From a virus (taxonomy: Duplodnaviria > Caudoviricetes): a stretch of DNA of 24,666 bases. Numbering within the stretch: the first letter of the stretch is position 1; each line of letters opens with the position of its first letter. Shown in pieces: positions 1 through 8,880 of this stretch. The stretch spans positions 1 to 24,666 of IMG/VR virus record IMGVR_UViG_3300020045_000915; one strand, 5' to 3'. The notes below the pieces were generated by a model that saw nothing but the letters and a program-made list of their open reading frames with translations, did no database searches and had not been told where the DNA came from. A program made the position numbers and the translations under genes.

Positions 1-1
1 A

Positions 2-244
<243 letters not shown>

Positions 245-248
245 TAAT

Positions 249-437
249 ATGTTTGTATATAGCATCAAGATTGCTGGTGATAATAAAGCATTAGTAGTAA
301 ATGGTACTGAACATAAAGTAGATGCAACTAATTCAAAGGTGGAGTCTTTAGAACAAATGACTCTACCAGAAGTAGTTAGAATGATTCGTGGTACTAAAAA
401 TGTAGTTGGAGTTCTTGGTAAATTTAAAGATAATTAA
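249..437 (+). CDS. hypothetical protein
   Basis: 62 aa ORF packed tightly between neighbours, A-rich initiation region. Confidence 0.6.
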   Translation: MFVYSIKIAGDNKALVVNGTEHKVDATNSKVESLEQMTLPEVVRMIRGTKNVVGVLGKFKDN

Positions 438-438
438 A

Positions 439-723
439 ATGAATAGTATAATAGATAATTTTTTTGAGATTGATAGCAATCCATTAAAGACTCCAGAAGA
501 ATTAGTAATAGGAAACTCCTACGCAACTAAATTTGGAGAAATAATTAAGGTAATGTCTACTAATGAAATAGATGATTCAGTAGAATATTCAGTTGTTCAG
601 AGAAGTGAAATGGTTGAGGGCGAGTTAATTACTAATTTAGATGCCAAACCATTAAACCTATTCTGGATATTAACTAGAAATAATGCTAGTAAAACTACTC
701 CGTATGAAAACGATACCAATTAA
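439..723 (+). CDS. hypothetical protein
   Basis: ATG at 439 directly after the upstream TAA (435-437) is a better start than 406. Confidence 0.6.
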   Translation: MNSIIDNFFEIDSNPLKTPEELVIGNSYATKFGEIIKVMSTNEIDDSVEYSVVQRSEMVEGELITNLDAKPLNLFWILTRNNASKTTPYENDTN

Positions 724-1066
724 GACTGATAATGATAAATTCTATAGGCAATTCTTAGAGGTTCTAAGAAGCGTTCCACCTATTAATAAGTTGAGACCTA
801 AAGAATTAGATGTACTTGCTGAGATAGTTAGACAGAATAGTTTATTGAAGGATTATCCAGAAGAACATAAAAATACCATTCTATTATCACAGGCTTCTAA
901 GAAAGAGATTATGGATAAAATTAATATTGGAGCTGATAGTTTAAATAATAATCTTTCAGTACTTAGGAAATTTAATATTCTTACAAAGGATAATAGGTTG
1001 AATAAGTTTTTTAATGGTATTGAATTTGGTGGTAAATTTGAGTTGAACTTTACATTTAAAGAATAG
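704..1066 (+). CDS. putative winged-helix/HTH DNA-binding protein
   Basis: LRPKELDVLAEI and KKEIMDKINIGADSLNNNLSVLRKFNIL resemble a wHTH; ATG 704 preferred over 683. Confidence 0.55.
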   Translation: MKTIPIKTDNDKFYRQFLEVLRSVPPINKLRPKELDVLAEIVRQNSLLKDYPEEHKNTILLSQASKKEIMDKINIGADSLNNNLSVLRKFNILTKDNRLNKFFNGIEFGGKFELNFTFKE

Positions 1067-1068
1067 TT

Positions 1069-1251
1069 ATGTTTGAGGATATTGATGATTATAACGATGA
1101 CCTACAGGAAGAGTTTATCGGGGCTATAGAGCCATTAATTCCAAAGGATGGACTAGTACTTCATGTGATGAATAAATGTGGCGAATTAGAGGATATGGTG
1201 ATAGGATTAGATAGTATAAAAAAATACATAAGTAAGCTAGGTAAAAAATGA
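1069..1251 (+). CDS. hypothetical acidic protein
   Basis: 60 aa ORF, ATGA overlap with the next gene. Confidence 0.55.
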   Translation: MFEDIDDYNDDLQEEFIGAIEPLIPKDGLVLHVMNKCGELEDMVIGLDSIKKYISKLGKK

Positions 1252-1538
1252 TAGTACAGAAAGAAGTTCAAGATATTGTTGTTAAGATAGCTTCTGATAA
1301 AAATCTACCTATTAAGACTGTATCTGATATTGTTATGTCGCAATTTGAATATACTGTTGGTGAGATTCGTAAAGGAGAAGATGCTAAACCATTGACTTAT
1401 AAGAATATACTATTAAAGTATCTAGGTACATGGTCTTATAACCATAAGAAAGCTTATAATATTACCAAGAAAGTTGGTAGAGATTTAACTGATTTTGAAG
1501 AAAATGAAAGATGGAAGTATGAAAAATATGGATTGTAA
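1248..1538 (+). CDS. HU/IHF-like DNA-binding protein
   Basis: IVVKIASDKNLPIKTVSDIV...NILLKYLGTWS matches the HU/IHF helix-turn-helix plus 'I.L.gfGtF' pattern; IHF-like genes are conserved in crAss-like phages. Confidence 0.65.
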   Translation: MIVQKEVQDIVVKIASDKNLPIKTVSDIVMSQFEYTVGEIRKGEDAKPLTYKNILLKYLGTWSYNHKKAYNITKKVGRDLTDFEENERWKYEKYGL

Positions 1539-1977
1539 ATATTATGTACCAGAAATAAGTGAATTTCATGTAGGATTTGAATATGAAAAGAAATATGGAT
1601 TTTCAGATGGAACCGTAAAAACTAAAGAGCAATATGATTTAGCCACATGGAATAAAGAAATATTTCTAAATGGATTTGCCCCATATATTGAAAGGAGTCT
1701 TACTGGAAGAAATGCGGAAAATGGGCTATGCGGAATTCGTGTTAAATATCTTGATAAAGAAGATATAGAAAGTTTGGGATTTAAATATGTAAAACAAGGT
1801 TGGGCTGAAACATCAATGATATTTAGAGATAGTAGTTTCGATGGAGTTGAAATATATTTTAGAAATGATTATACTTTAAAAATATCACATGCAAATAATA
1901 TTGTAAGATTTGAAGGTTCTGTAAAAAATAAATCAGAGTTAATTAAACTACTTAAAATGCTGAATATCAATGCGTAA
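1528..1977 (+). CDS. hypothetical phage protein
   Basis: KYYVPEISEFHVGFEYE and RVKYLDKEDIESLGF look like a Bacteroidota-phage small-protein family; start uncertain (1495-1528). Confidence 0.6.
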   Translation: MDCKYYVPEISEFHVGFEYEKKYGFSDGTVKTKEQYDLATWNKEIFLNGFAPYIERSLTGRNAENGLCGIRVKYLDKEDIESLGFKYVKQGWAETSMIFRDSSFDGVEIYFRNDYTLKISHANNIVRFEGSVKNKSELIKLLKMLNINA

Positions 1978-2569
1978 TATTACTGAAGGTTACCAGAAGA
2001 ATAGTAATTTCTGGGATGAGAATCCACAATTAGCTGTTATCAATCCATTTAAATCACTTCTAAAGGATGATAAATCTAAAGGTAAGATTGATTCATCTAA
2101 TTTGATGTGGGCTATAGCATTGATTAATCATCCTAAGTCAGACTTATATTATGTTGAAAATAAGGAGTTTGTAATAGCTAAAGATATGTTAGGTTTAAAA
2201 GAGTCTAGCATTGATAAGTTTTGGGATAATAATAAATATTTAGTAGAAGCATTTACTGGAGCTTGTTTATCACAGGCAGAAAGGTCTTTAGTTGATTGGT
2301 ATGATTATATGCGTAAGAGAGATATATATCTTAAGAATACGGAGTATTACTTTGACCAATATAAAACTGATAATAATGGTGATAATATAGTTTCTAAGAC
2401 TGGACAATTTGTTACAGAAAAAGGTACGGCCGAGCAACTAGATAAAGCATGGGGTGCATCTAAATCTATGTGGGCTGATTATGAGAAGATTATAAAAACT
2501 GTTTCTGAAGAAGAAGTTGTAGTTAAGAATAAGAGAGAGAAGAGTTCAACAGCTAAAGGAGAGATTTAA
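1970..2569 (+). CDS. conserved helical protein, candidate terminase small subunit
   Basis: 199 aa, helical, charged C-terminal tail, last large gene before the terL locus; function inferred from position only. Confidence 0.4.
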   Translation: MRNITEGYQKNSNFWDENPQLAVINPFKSLLKDDKSKGKIDSSNLMWAIALINHPKSDLYYVENKEFVIAKDMLGLKESSIDKFWDNNKYLVEAFTGACLSQAERSLVDWYDYMRKRDIYLKNTEYYFDQYKTDNNGDNIVSKTGQFVTEKGTAEQLDKAWGASKSMWADYEKIIKTVSEEEVVVKNKREKSSTAKGEI

Positions 2570-2570
2570 T

Positions 2571-2780
2571 ATGTTTAAATATATTAGGAATTTAATTGAT
2601 ATAAGAAAAAATGACCCAGTAAAAGGTTGTAAATTATATAAATCAGAAGGATGATCTCATGTAGATGGATTTTTATGTGATTTTCCAAAATGTTCAATGC
2701 AATTAGAATACGAATTATTTATACTGGAACAAGAACTTGATATTCCATTTAAACTAAGACATTATAATAATGGTAAATAA
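2571..2780 (+). pseudogene. 69-codon Cys/His-rich ORF with an in-frame TGA at 2652-2654 (pseudogene, sequencing error or recoded stop)
   Basis: Manual translation MFKYIRNLIDIRKNDPVKGCKLYKSEG*SHVDGFLCDFPKCSMQLEYELFILEQELDIPFKLRHYNNGK; fills the gap exactly, starting 1 nt after the upstream stop and overlapping the next ATG. Confidence 0.7.
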
Positions 2781-3558
2781 CGATAACTTTCTACTAAAGG
2801 AAATACCTAGTGAAAATATATACTATGTATATGGATATTATCTAGAAGATGATACTCCTTTTTATATTGGTATGGGTCATGGGAATAGAATGGTTTGTCA
2901 TACGTGGCCATCTAAAAGAAATGAAAGAAAAACAATATTTTATAATAAGTTAAATAAATTAATAAACAATTGTATTCCATATTATTATAAAAAGATATAT
3001 GAAGATTTATCTATAGAAGATGCTATAAAATTTGAAATGGAATTAATTAGTGAATTCGGTAGGAAAGATTTAAAGACTGGTATACTATATAATCTTACTG
3101 ATGGTGGCGAGGGACACAAGAACTATAAAAGAAGTCTAGAGACTATAGAAAAGGTTAGACAAAAGAATACTGGAAAGGTAAGAACTGATGAATTTAAATC
3201 TAGATTAAGTAGGTTGCATACTGGTAAAGTTGTATCCGATGAAACTAGATTAAAGTTATCTATTATTCAAAAGGGAACTAAAAAGCCGAAACCATTATCT
3301 TCCTTGCCAAATTATAAAAGAACCGCAGCGCTTAAGAAGAATAATCCTGAGTTTTCAAAAAAGATGTCTGATGCAATGAGATTATTATATGGTAAAAATG
3401 TTATACAGATAGACGCAAAAACAAATGAAGTAGTTAAATATTGGGACAATCATATTGATGCAGCCATAGAAGTTAATGGAAGGCCAGATAGAATTATTGA
3501 AGTATGTAATGGTGTTATGAATAAACATAAAAAATATTATTGGAAATATAATGGTTAA
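2770..3558 (+). CDS. free-standing GIY-YIG homing endonuclease with NUMOD3-like repeats and a C-terminal NUMOD1/IENR1-like domain
   Basis: YYVYGY...PFYIGMG...R catalytic motif, E..LI...G..LYNLTDGGEG, repeats RSLETIEKVR / RTDEFKSRLS / VSDETRLKLS, and KNVIQID...VVKYW...IDAA...IIEVCNG...YYWKY. Confidence 0.88.
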   Translation: MVNNDNFLLKEIPSENIYYVYGYYLEDDTPFYIGMGHGNRMVCHTWPSKRNERKTIFYNKLNKLINNCIPYYYKKIYEDLSIEDAIKFEMELISEFGRKDLKTGILYNLTDGGEGHKNYKRSLETIEKVRQKNTGKVRTDEFKSRLSRLHTGKVVSDETRLKLSIIQKGTKKPKPLSSLPNYKRTAALKKNNPEFSKKMSDAMRLLYGKNVIQIDAKTNEVVKYWDNHIDAAIEVNGRPDRIIEVCNGVMNKHKKYYWKYNG

Positions 3559-3589
3559 TAATGACAATTTTTTATTAAAGGAGATTCCA
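2770..3589 (+). repeat. recoded 39-bp direct repeat (2770-2808 and 3551-3589), both copies encoding MVNNDNFLLKEIP
   Basis: atggtaaataacgataactttctactaaaggaaatacct vs atggttaataatgacaattttttattaaaggagattcca: 9 differences, all synonymous. Confidence 0.95.
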
Positions 3590-5830
3590 AAGTTTCATCC
3601 ATTAATCCAGAGGCACGAAAGATTAACATTCTTTAAAGACGTTAAGAAACGCATATTCGAGGGTGAATGGGTTGGAGGTCGTTGGTGTCCACCAGAATTA
3701 TACTTTCATGTAAACCTATCAACTATACAATTCTTAGGTGGCGGTAGAAAGGTACAAGGTATTGGCCAGCCATGGTTTAGGGATATAGAATGGGAGAAAG
3801 CATTTATATATTCTGAAGCTTGTGGGTTTAGTGGATTTATAGATGACCAAGTTTATACTTGTTTAAGAGTTGTTCAAACTGAAACTAAGGATGAGATTTA
3901 CCGTGATTTCTGTTTAGATAATAAAGGTGTTAAGATTGAGAAGAATTATAGAGCTATATTTACTTCTACTGGAGAGTTAAAGAAGTATATGAATGTTAGA
4001 GAATACTTCTGGCGAACAGATATGTCTAGCAGTTTTGGTAAAGCAATATATCTTAATAATGCTAAAAATGTAATAGATTTCGAGGGACGTGGTGGTGGAA
4101 AATCTTACTGGTCAAGTAGTTGTATACAACATAACTTACTTACAGATGGAGGACGAGATTATGATGAATACTTGGATGGTAGAAAGAATGGTAAATTAGT
4201 ATCTATATCTCAAACTCTAGTAGCAGCTATTGAGGCCAAATATAGTGGTGATTTAATGAGTAAAGTAAAATTTTCATTAGAACATCTACCTGGAGAAATC
4301 AATATAAGGCTCAATGGTGAAGATAAAAGTTTTCCTAGTCCATTAATGCCAGACCTTGGTGGTTCGTGGGAATCTGGGGCTAAGAATCCAGTTCATGATA
4401 TGCTATCAGGAAGTTCTATAATACATAGAACATTTCAAGATAATCCACTTGCTGCGAATGGTACTCGTCCGACTAGAGCATTTTTAGAAGAAGTTGGTTT
4501 CTTATCGAATGTACAAGAAGTATTGGGTGCAGTAGAAGCTACTCAGCCTAATAAACAGTCTAATAAATACTTACCAATATATATGCTAGGAACTGGTGGT
4601 TATACTACCACTGGTACTGCTATATGGCTTAAGCAAATATTCAATGACCCAGAATCTTATGATTGTTTATCATTTGATGACCAATGGGAAAATAAAGGAA
4701 AAGTTGGATACTTCTTACCAGCCACTAGAACAATGAATGATTTTAAAGAAGGTCCTAATTTGATATCAAATGAAGTTAGAGCATTAAAATCAATTGAAGA
4801 TGGTCGTGAGAAGGCCAGGAAATCTAATAATAAGATTAAGATTCTTACCACTATAATCAATCAACCACTAACTCCATCAGAGGTATTTATGACTATTGAT
4901 GGTAATTTCTTTCCAGTAGAAGATTTAAGAGCTAGGCTACAAGTGGTTGAGTCTAATCCTACTATATTTAATCAATCATATAAGTATGAAATGATGATGA
5001 TTGACGGAAAGGTATTTCCCAAGCTATCTGATAAAAAAGTTATTAGGGATTTTCCTATTAAGAAAGGTATTGATATGGATACTCCTATAGAAGTATATGA
5101 GTTACCAAAAAAGAATGGTAATGGAGATATTCCATATGGTAGATACTTAGCAAGCTGGGACCCGATTGATGTTGATGGTAATGATGATACTTCTCAATCA
5201 TTACAATCAATCTTTATAATGGATTCATGGACTGATAGGATTGTTGCTGAATATACCGCTAGAACTTATCTAGCTGCTGAATATTATGAACAAGCTAGAC
5301 GATTATTTATGTACTTTAATGCTTTATGTAATTATGAGAGTAACCTAAAAGGCCCATATGCATACTTCTTAAATAAGAATAGCTTGCATTTATTCTGTGA
5401 TACACCAGATATATTATCTGATAAATCAATTGGTGGCAAGGCTGGTGTTGGTAATAAAAGTAAAGGTACTCGTGTTGGAGGTAATGCAAATGGTAGCCCA
5501 ATTATAAACTATGGTGTAAATGAGATACTTGCGTGGATAGAATCACCAGCTTATGATAAGCCAGAAGGAACTAGAGTTATGGATACTTTACAAGGTCCGC
5601 AACTTCTTCGTGAATTAATAAGTTATTCTCCGCAATTAAACTGTGATAGAATCTCATCACTTATATTATTAATGATAATACGAGCTGATAGGAAAAGAAT
5701 TACTGATGTTTCTAAGACTCAAAGTGTAAAATCTAAGGCAAGTGACCCATTATGGTCGAGACCGTTTGGTGGGAATCATAGAAACTTATATGGTGGATAT
5801 GCACAACAAGATATGAATAGATTACGCTAA
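3551..5830 (+). CDS. terL: terminase large subunit (crAss-like)
   Basis: Walker A EGRGGGKS, Walker B AFLEEVG, motif III YMLGTGG, RNase H-fold nuclease YLASWDPID...NYESN...NCDRIS; 759 aa, upstream of the portal gene. Confidence 0.93.
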   Translation: MVNNDNFLLKEIPKFHPLIQRHERLTFFKDVKKRIFEGEWVGGRWCPPELYFHVNLSTIQFLGGGRKVQGIGQPWFRDIEWEKAFIYSEACGFSGFIDDQVYTCLRVVQTETKDEIYRDFCLDNKGVKIEKNYRAIFTSTGELKKYMNVREYFWRTDMSSSFGKAIYLNNAKNVIDFEGRGGGKSYWSSSCIQHNLLTDGGRDYDEYLDGRKNGKLVSISQTLVAAIEAKYSGDLMSKVKFSLEHLPGEINIRLNGEDKSFPSPLMPDLGGSWESGAKNPVHDMLSGSSIIHRTFQDNPLAANGTRPTRAFLEEVGFLSNVQEVLGAVEATQPNKQSNKYLPIYMLGTGGYTTTGTAIWLKQIFNDPESYDCLSFDDQWENKGKVGYFLPATRTMNDFKEGPNLISNEVRALKSIEDGREKARKSNNKIKILTTIINQPLTPSEVFMTIDGNFFPVEDLRARLQVVESNPTIFNQSYKYEMMMIDGKVFPKLSDKKVIRDFPIKKGIDMDTPIEVYELPKKNGNGDIPYGRYLASWDPIDVDGNDDTSQSLQSIFIMDSWTDRIVAEYTARTYLAAEYYEQARRLFMYFNALCNYESNLKGPYAYFLNKNSLHLFCDTPDILSDKSIGGKAGVGNKSKGTRVGGNANGSPIINYGVNEILAWIESPAYDKPEGTRVMDTLQGPQLLRELISYSPQLNCDRISSLILLMIIRADRKRITDVSKTQSVKSKASDPLWSRPFGGNHRNLYGGYAQQDMNRLR

Positions 5831-5883
5831 GTCTATAAAACTTTTCAAATATTTTATTTATCAAATTAAATTTCGTAACCTTG
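5829..5883 (+). promoter_or_regulatory. putative portal-operon promoter: AAGTCTATAAAA box plus Bacteroidota-type -7 element (TAACCTTG)
   Basis: Box at 5829, -7-like element at 5876-5883; same geometry at 9830 and 15978. Confidence 0.6.
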
Positions 5884-5902
5884 TACATTTAATCAAAGAA
5901 CT

Positions 5903-8236
5903 ATGTTTAGTAAAGATACATTAATGACTCCTCCACAAAAGAAGTCAACCAAGGAAAAATATTTAGATGACAAGCAATGGTTTAAGGACTGCATGGATGC
6001 ATATGAATATCAAGCATTATACTATGAGCAAGAGATTCATAGAAAGATGATTGTTCACTTCAATATGGATAATGGAGAGATTGACCAGAATGAAATGGAA
6101 AAGGTGTTTAATCCAATGGGATTGAATGGTAATACTTCACCTTCATCTGTAAAGAACTTTCCTATAGTAGTTCCTAAGATAGATTTATTGGTAGGAGAAG
6201 AGGCTAAGAGGAGGTTCGATTGGACTGTAAGGTCAATGAATGTCAACTCTGAAAGTAAAGATACTTCAGTATTATTTGATATGTTCTTGAATATAGCAAT
6301 AGATGAGTTTAAGAAAGAAGTTACTGATGAAAAAGAGTTAGAGCAACGTATTAAAGAATACGCTAGATTTGCTAAGTATAAGTATAAGGATATCAATGAG
6401 ATAACAGCTACTAAGATTCTTACTTATCTAGTTAGGAATTATGTAGTTCCTTATCAATTTAATAAAGGATTTAGAAATGCATTAGTTGCTGCTAGAGAAA
6501 TATATCGTATTGATATTGAAGGAAATGAGCCTATTTTGAAAGTATGTGACCCACGAAACGTATTCCTTATAAAGAAAGGTGATTCAGAAAGAGTTGAGGA
6601 TTCAGAGGCTATTATAGAAATTACTTATGAATCTGTTGGTAAAATTATAGATGCCTTCTATGACGATATAACTACAGAAGATTTAGAGTCTTTAGAAAAA
6701 GGACAGTGGCGTACTGGTAAGGGTAATAGTCCAGGGCAACTAGGATACTCACATAAATTACCTCCAATATTCTCAAACCTAGACTTTGGTAATGGGCCAG
6801 GATTTACAGATATAAATGACTTCAATAATACCAACTTCAAACTAGGATTGCCTTATGATATGCAAGGTAATGTTAGAGTTGTCCGTGGTAGATGGATGGG
6901 TCGTAAAAAAATAGGTATAGTAACATATTTTGATGATAACGGTGATGAAGATGAAAAGACCGTATCAGAATATTATAAGATAGATAAAGATGCTGGTGAG
7001 ACAATTAGATGGATATGGGTTAATGAGGCGTATGAAGGGGTTAAAATTGCAGACCATATATACCTTAAACTACAACCTCGTAAAGTACAAATGCGTTATT
7101 ATGATAATAAATCGAAGTGTTTTTTAGGTTATGTTGGTTCTGATTATGGTAAGTCCTTGATGGGTCGTATGGAGTCTTATCAATATCTTTACAACGTATA
7201 TATGAATAAGTTGGAAACTTTATTTAATAAATATAAAGGTCCAATTTATGAACTTGATATTTCTAAAGTACCAGATGAATGGGAAATGGATACCTGGTTG
7301 TATTATGCTGAAACTATGGGTTGGGCGGTAATTGACCCAATGAATGAAGGCAAGAAAGGTGCTGCTATGGGTAAACTTGCTGGTAGCTATAATACTACTG
7401 GAAAGGTATTAGACCCAAGAGTAGGAGATTATATTCAGCAAACTATTCAGATGCTACAACACATTGAGCATCAAGTAGGTTCTATTGCTGGGGTATCTGA
7501 ACAGAGACAGGGCCAGATTGAGAATAGAGAGACTGTTGGTGGTGTTGAAAGGGCTGTTACTCAGAGTTCACACATTACAGAAAAATGGTTCTTCCTACAT
7601 GATGAAACTAAGAAAAGAGCATTAGCCGCATTATTAGATACTGCTAAGCAATTATGGTCTAAGAATAAGAGCAAGAAATTATCTTATGTAATGGATGATA
7701 TGTCTAGGGATTTTATTGAATTTAATGCCGAAGACTTTGCATCTACTGAACAAGATATATTTATTAGTAATAGTAATCATGATGCTAAAATTAGTGATTT
7801 GATTGAATCGTTAGGACAATCATTTGTTCAGAATGGAATGGGAAGTATTCTTATTGAATTAATGCAAACTAATAGTATTGCTGAAAAGAATCTTATCATG
7901 AAGGAACAAGAGGAGAAGATGCAGCAACAGGCTCAACAGGCACAAGAGCAACAGTCTCAGATAGCTCAAATGCAAGCAGAACAACAATCCAAGGAAAAGC
8001 AAGCCGAGTTAGACTTTAAGTATAAGGAACTTGAAATGAAAGTTGAGTTAGAGTATGCTAAACTAGAGGCTATGACTGGTAAAGAAGTTGAATCAGACCC
8101 AACTAAGGATAGGCAAGTTGCATTGGCCGAGAAGAAGGCTGGTGATGACTTAAATATAAAACAACAATCACATGCTGAGACTGTTAGGCATAATCAGGCA
8201 GCAGAACAAATTAGTAAATTATCTAAAACTAAATAA
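5903..8236 (+). CDS. portal protein (crAss-like)
   Basis: 777 aa after terL; NFPIVVPKIDLLVGEEAKR, SLMGRMESYQYLYN, IAGVSEQRQGQI..RETVGGVERAV.QS; Gln-rich coiled-coil C-terminus. Confidence 0.9.
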   Translation: MFSKDTLMTPPQKKSTKEKYLDDKQWFKDCMDAYEYQALYYEQEIHRKMIVHFNMDNGEIDQNEMEKVFNPMGLNGNTSPSSVKNFPIVVPKIDLLVGEEAKRRFDWTVRSMNVNSESKDTSVLFDMFLNIAIDEFKKEVTDEKELEQRIKEYARFAKYKYKDINEITATKILTYLVRNYVVPYQFNKGFRNALVAAREIYRIDIEGNEPILKVCDPRNVFLIKKGDSERVEDSEAIIEITYESVGKIIDAFYDDITTEDLESLEKGQWRTGKGNSPGQLGYSHKLPPIFSNLDFGNGPGFTDINDFNNTNFKLGLPYDMQGNVRVVRGRWMGRKKIGIVTYFDDNGDEDEKTVSEYYKIDKDAGETIRWIWVNEAYEGVKIADHIYLKLQPRKVQMRYYDNKSKCFLGYVGSDYGKSLMGRMESYQYLYNVYMNKLETLFNKYKGPIYELDISKVPDEWEMDTWLYYAETMGWAVIDPMNEGKKGAAMGKLAGSYNTTGKVLDPRVGDYIQQTIQMLQHIEHQVGSIAGVSEQRQGQIENRETVGGVERAVTQSSHITEKWFFLHDETKKRALAALLDTAKQLWSKNKSKKLSYVMDDMSRDFIEFNAEDFASTEQDIFISNSNHDAKISDLIESLGQSFVQNGMGSILIELMQTNSIAEKNLIMKEQEEKMQQQAQQAQEQQSQIAQMQAEQQSKEKQAELDFKYKELEMKVELEYAKLEAMTGKEVESDPTKDRQVALAEKKAGDDLNIKQQSHAETVRHNQAAEQISKLSKTK

Positions 8237-8238
8237 TA

Positions 8239-8781
8239 ATGGATGAAAAAGTAATTAGTAATGCCTTCTCGGTTAATAAGAAGAAGGCTTACTTATCAGA
8301 TAAAATGATTCAATTGATTAATAAACAGATTCAATTGGAATTTAATGCTGGGCAATTATACAAATCAATGTCAACATGGTGTGAATATATTGGCTGGGAA
8401 GGACTTGCTAAGTTCATGAAATCACATGTTGAAGATGAGCATATGCATATGAATAAATTATATGAATATGCATTAGATAGACAAGTTAATCCAATTACTC
8501 CAGCAGTAATATCTCAGCCAACTGCATTTAAGGACTTAAAAGATATTCTTGAGAAGTCATTAGCCCATGAGGAATTGATTGAAAATAGTTACAAAGAAGC
8601 AGTTAAGATTGCTTTTTCAGAGAATGACCATACTAGTTATCAATTCTTATTATGGTATCTCAATGAACAAGTAGAAGAGATTGCGTTGATGAGTAAATGG
8701 TTAGATAGATTAAATATTACTGGATGTGACCAAAAGGGAATGTTCTTTATTGACCAAGAAATACTTGAGTCATTAGATTGA
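8239..8781 (+). CDS. non-haem ferritin (FtnA-like)
   Basis: LINKQIQLEFNAGQLYKSMS.W, GLAKFM...EDEHMH, HEELI, FLLWYLNEQVEE ferroxidase-type motifs. Confidence 0.9.
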   Translation: MDEKVISNAFSVNKKKAYLSDKMIQLINKQIQLEFNAGQLYKSMSTWCEYIGWEGLAKFMKSHVEDEHMHMNKLYEYALDRQVNPITPAVISQPTAFKDLKDILEKSLAHEELIENSYKEAVKIAFSENDHTSYQFLLWYLNEQVEEIALMSKWLDRLNITGCDQKGMFFIDQEILESLD

Positions 8782-8825
8782 AAAGTTATATAAACATAAT
8801 TATTTAATGATATAGGTATAATAAT

Positions 8826-8856
8826 TTTATTTATAAGATTATTGTATCTATATTTG
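8826..8856 (+). promoter_or_regulatory. Bacteroidota housekeeping-type promoter (-7 TATATTTG)
   Basis: TAnnTTTG at 8849-8856, weak -33 (TTTA), upstream of ATG 8881. Confidence 0.55.
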
Positions 8857-8880
8857 TGAAAATAATTAATAAAAAATAAT

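Noticed and set aside
2809-3589. Group I intron in terL carrying the endonuclease
   Set aside because: The whole interval is coding with no room for P/Q/R/S core elements, and terL has its own complete start downstream, so splicing is unnecessary.
3551-5830. Intein in TerL
   Set aside because: No C/S...HN-C/S/T splice motifs or LAGLIDADG block seen; the ATPase and nuclease motifs are normally spaced.
7915-7990. CAG/CAA-rich low-complexity stretch
   Set aside because: Ordinary Gln-rich coiled coil of the portal C-terminus.
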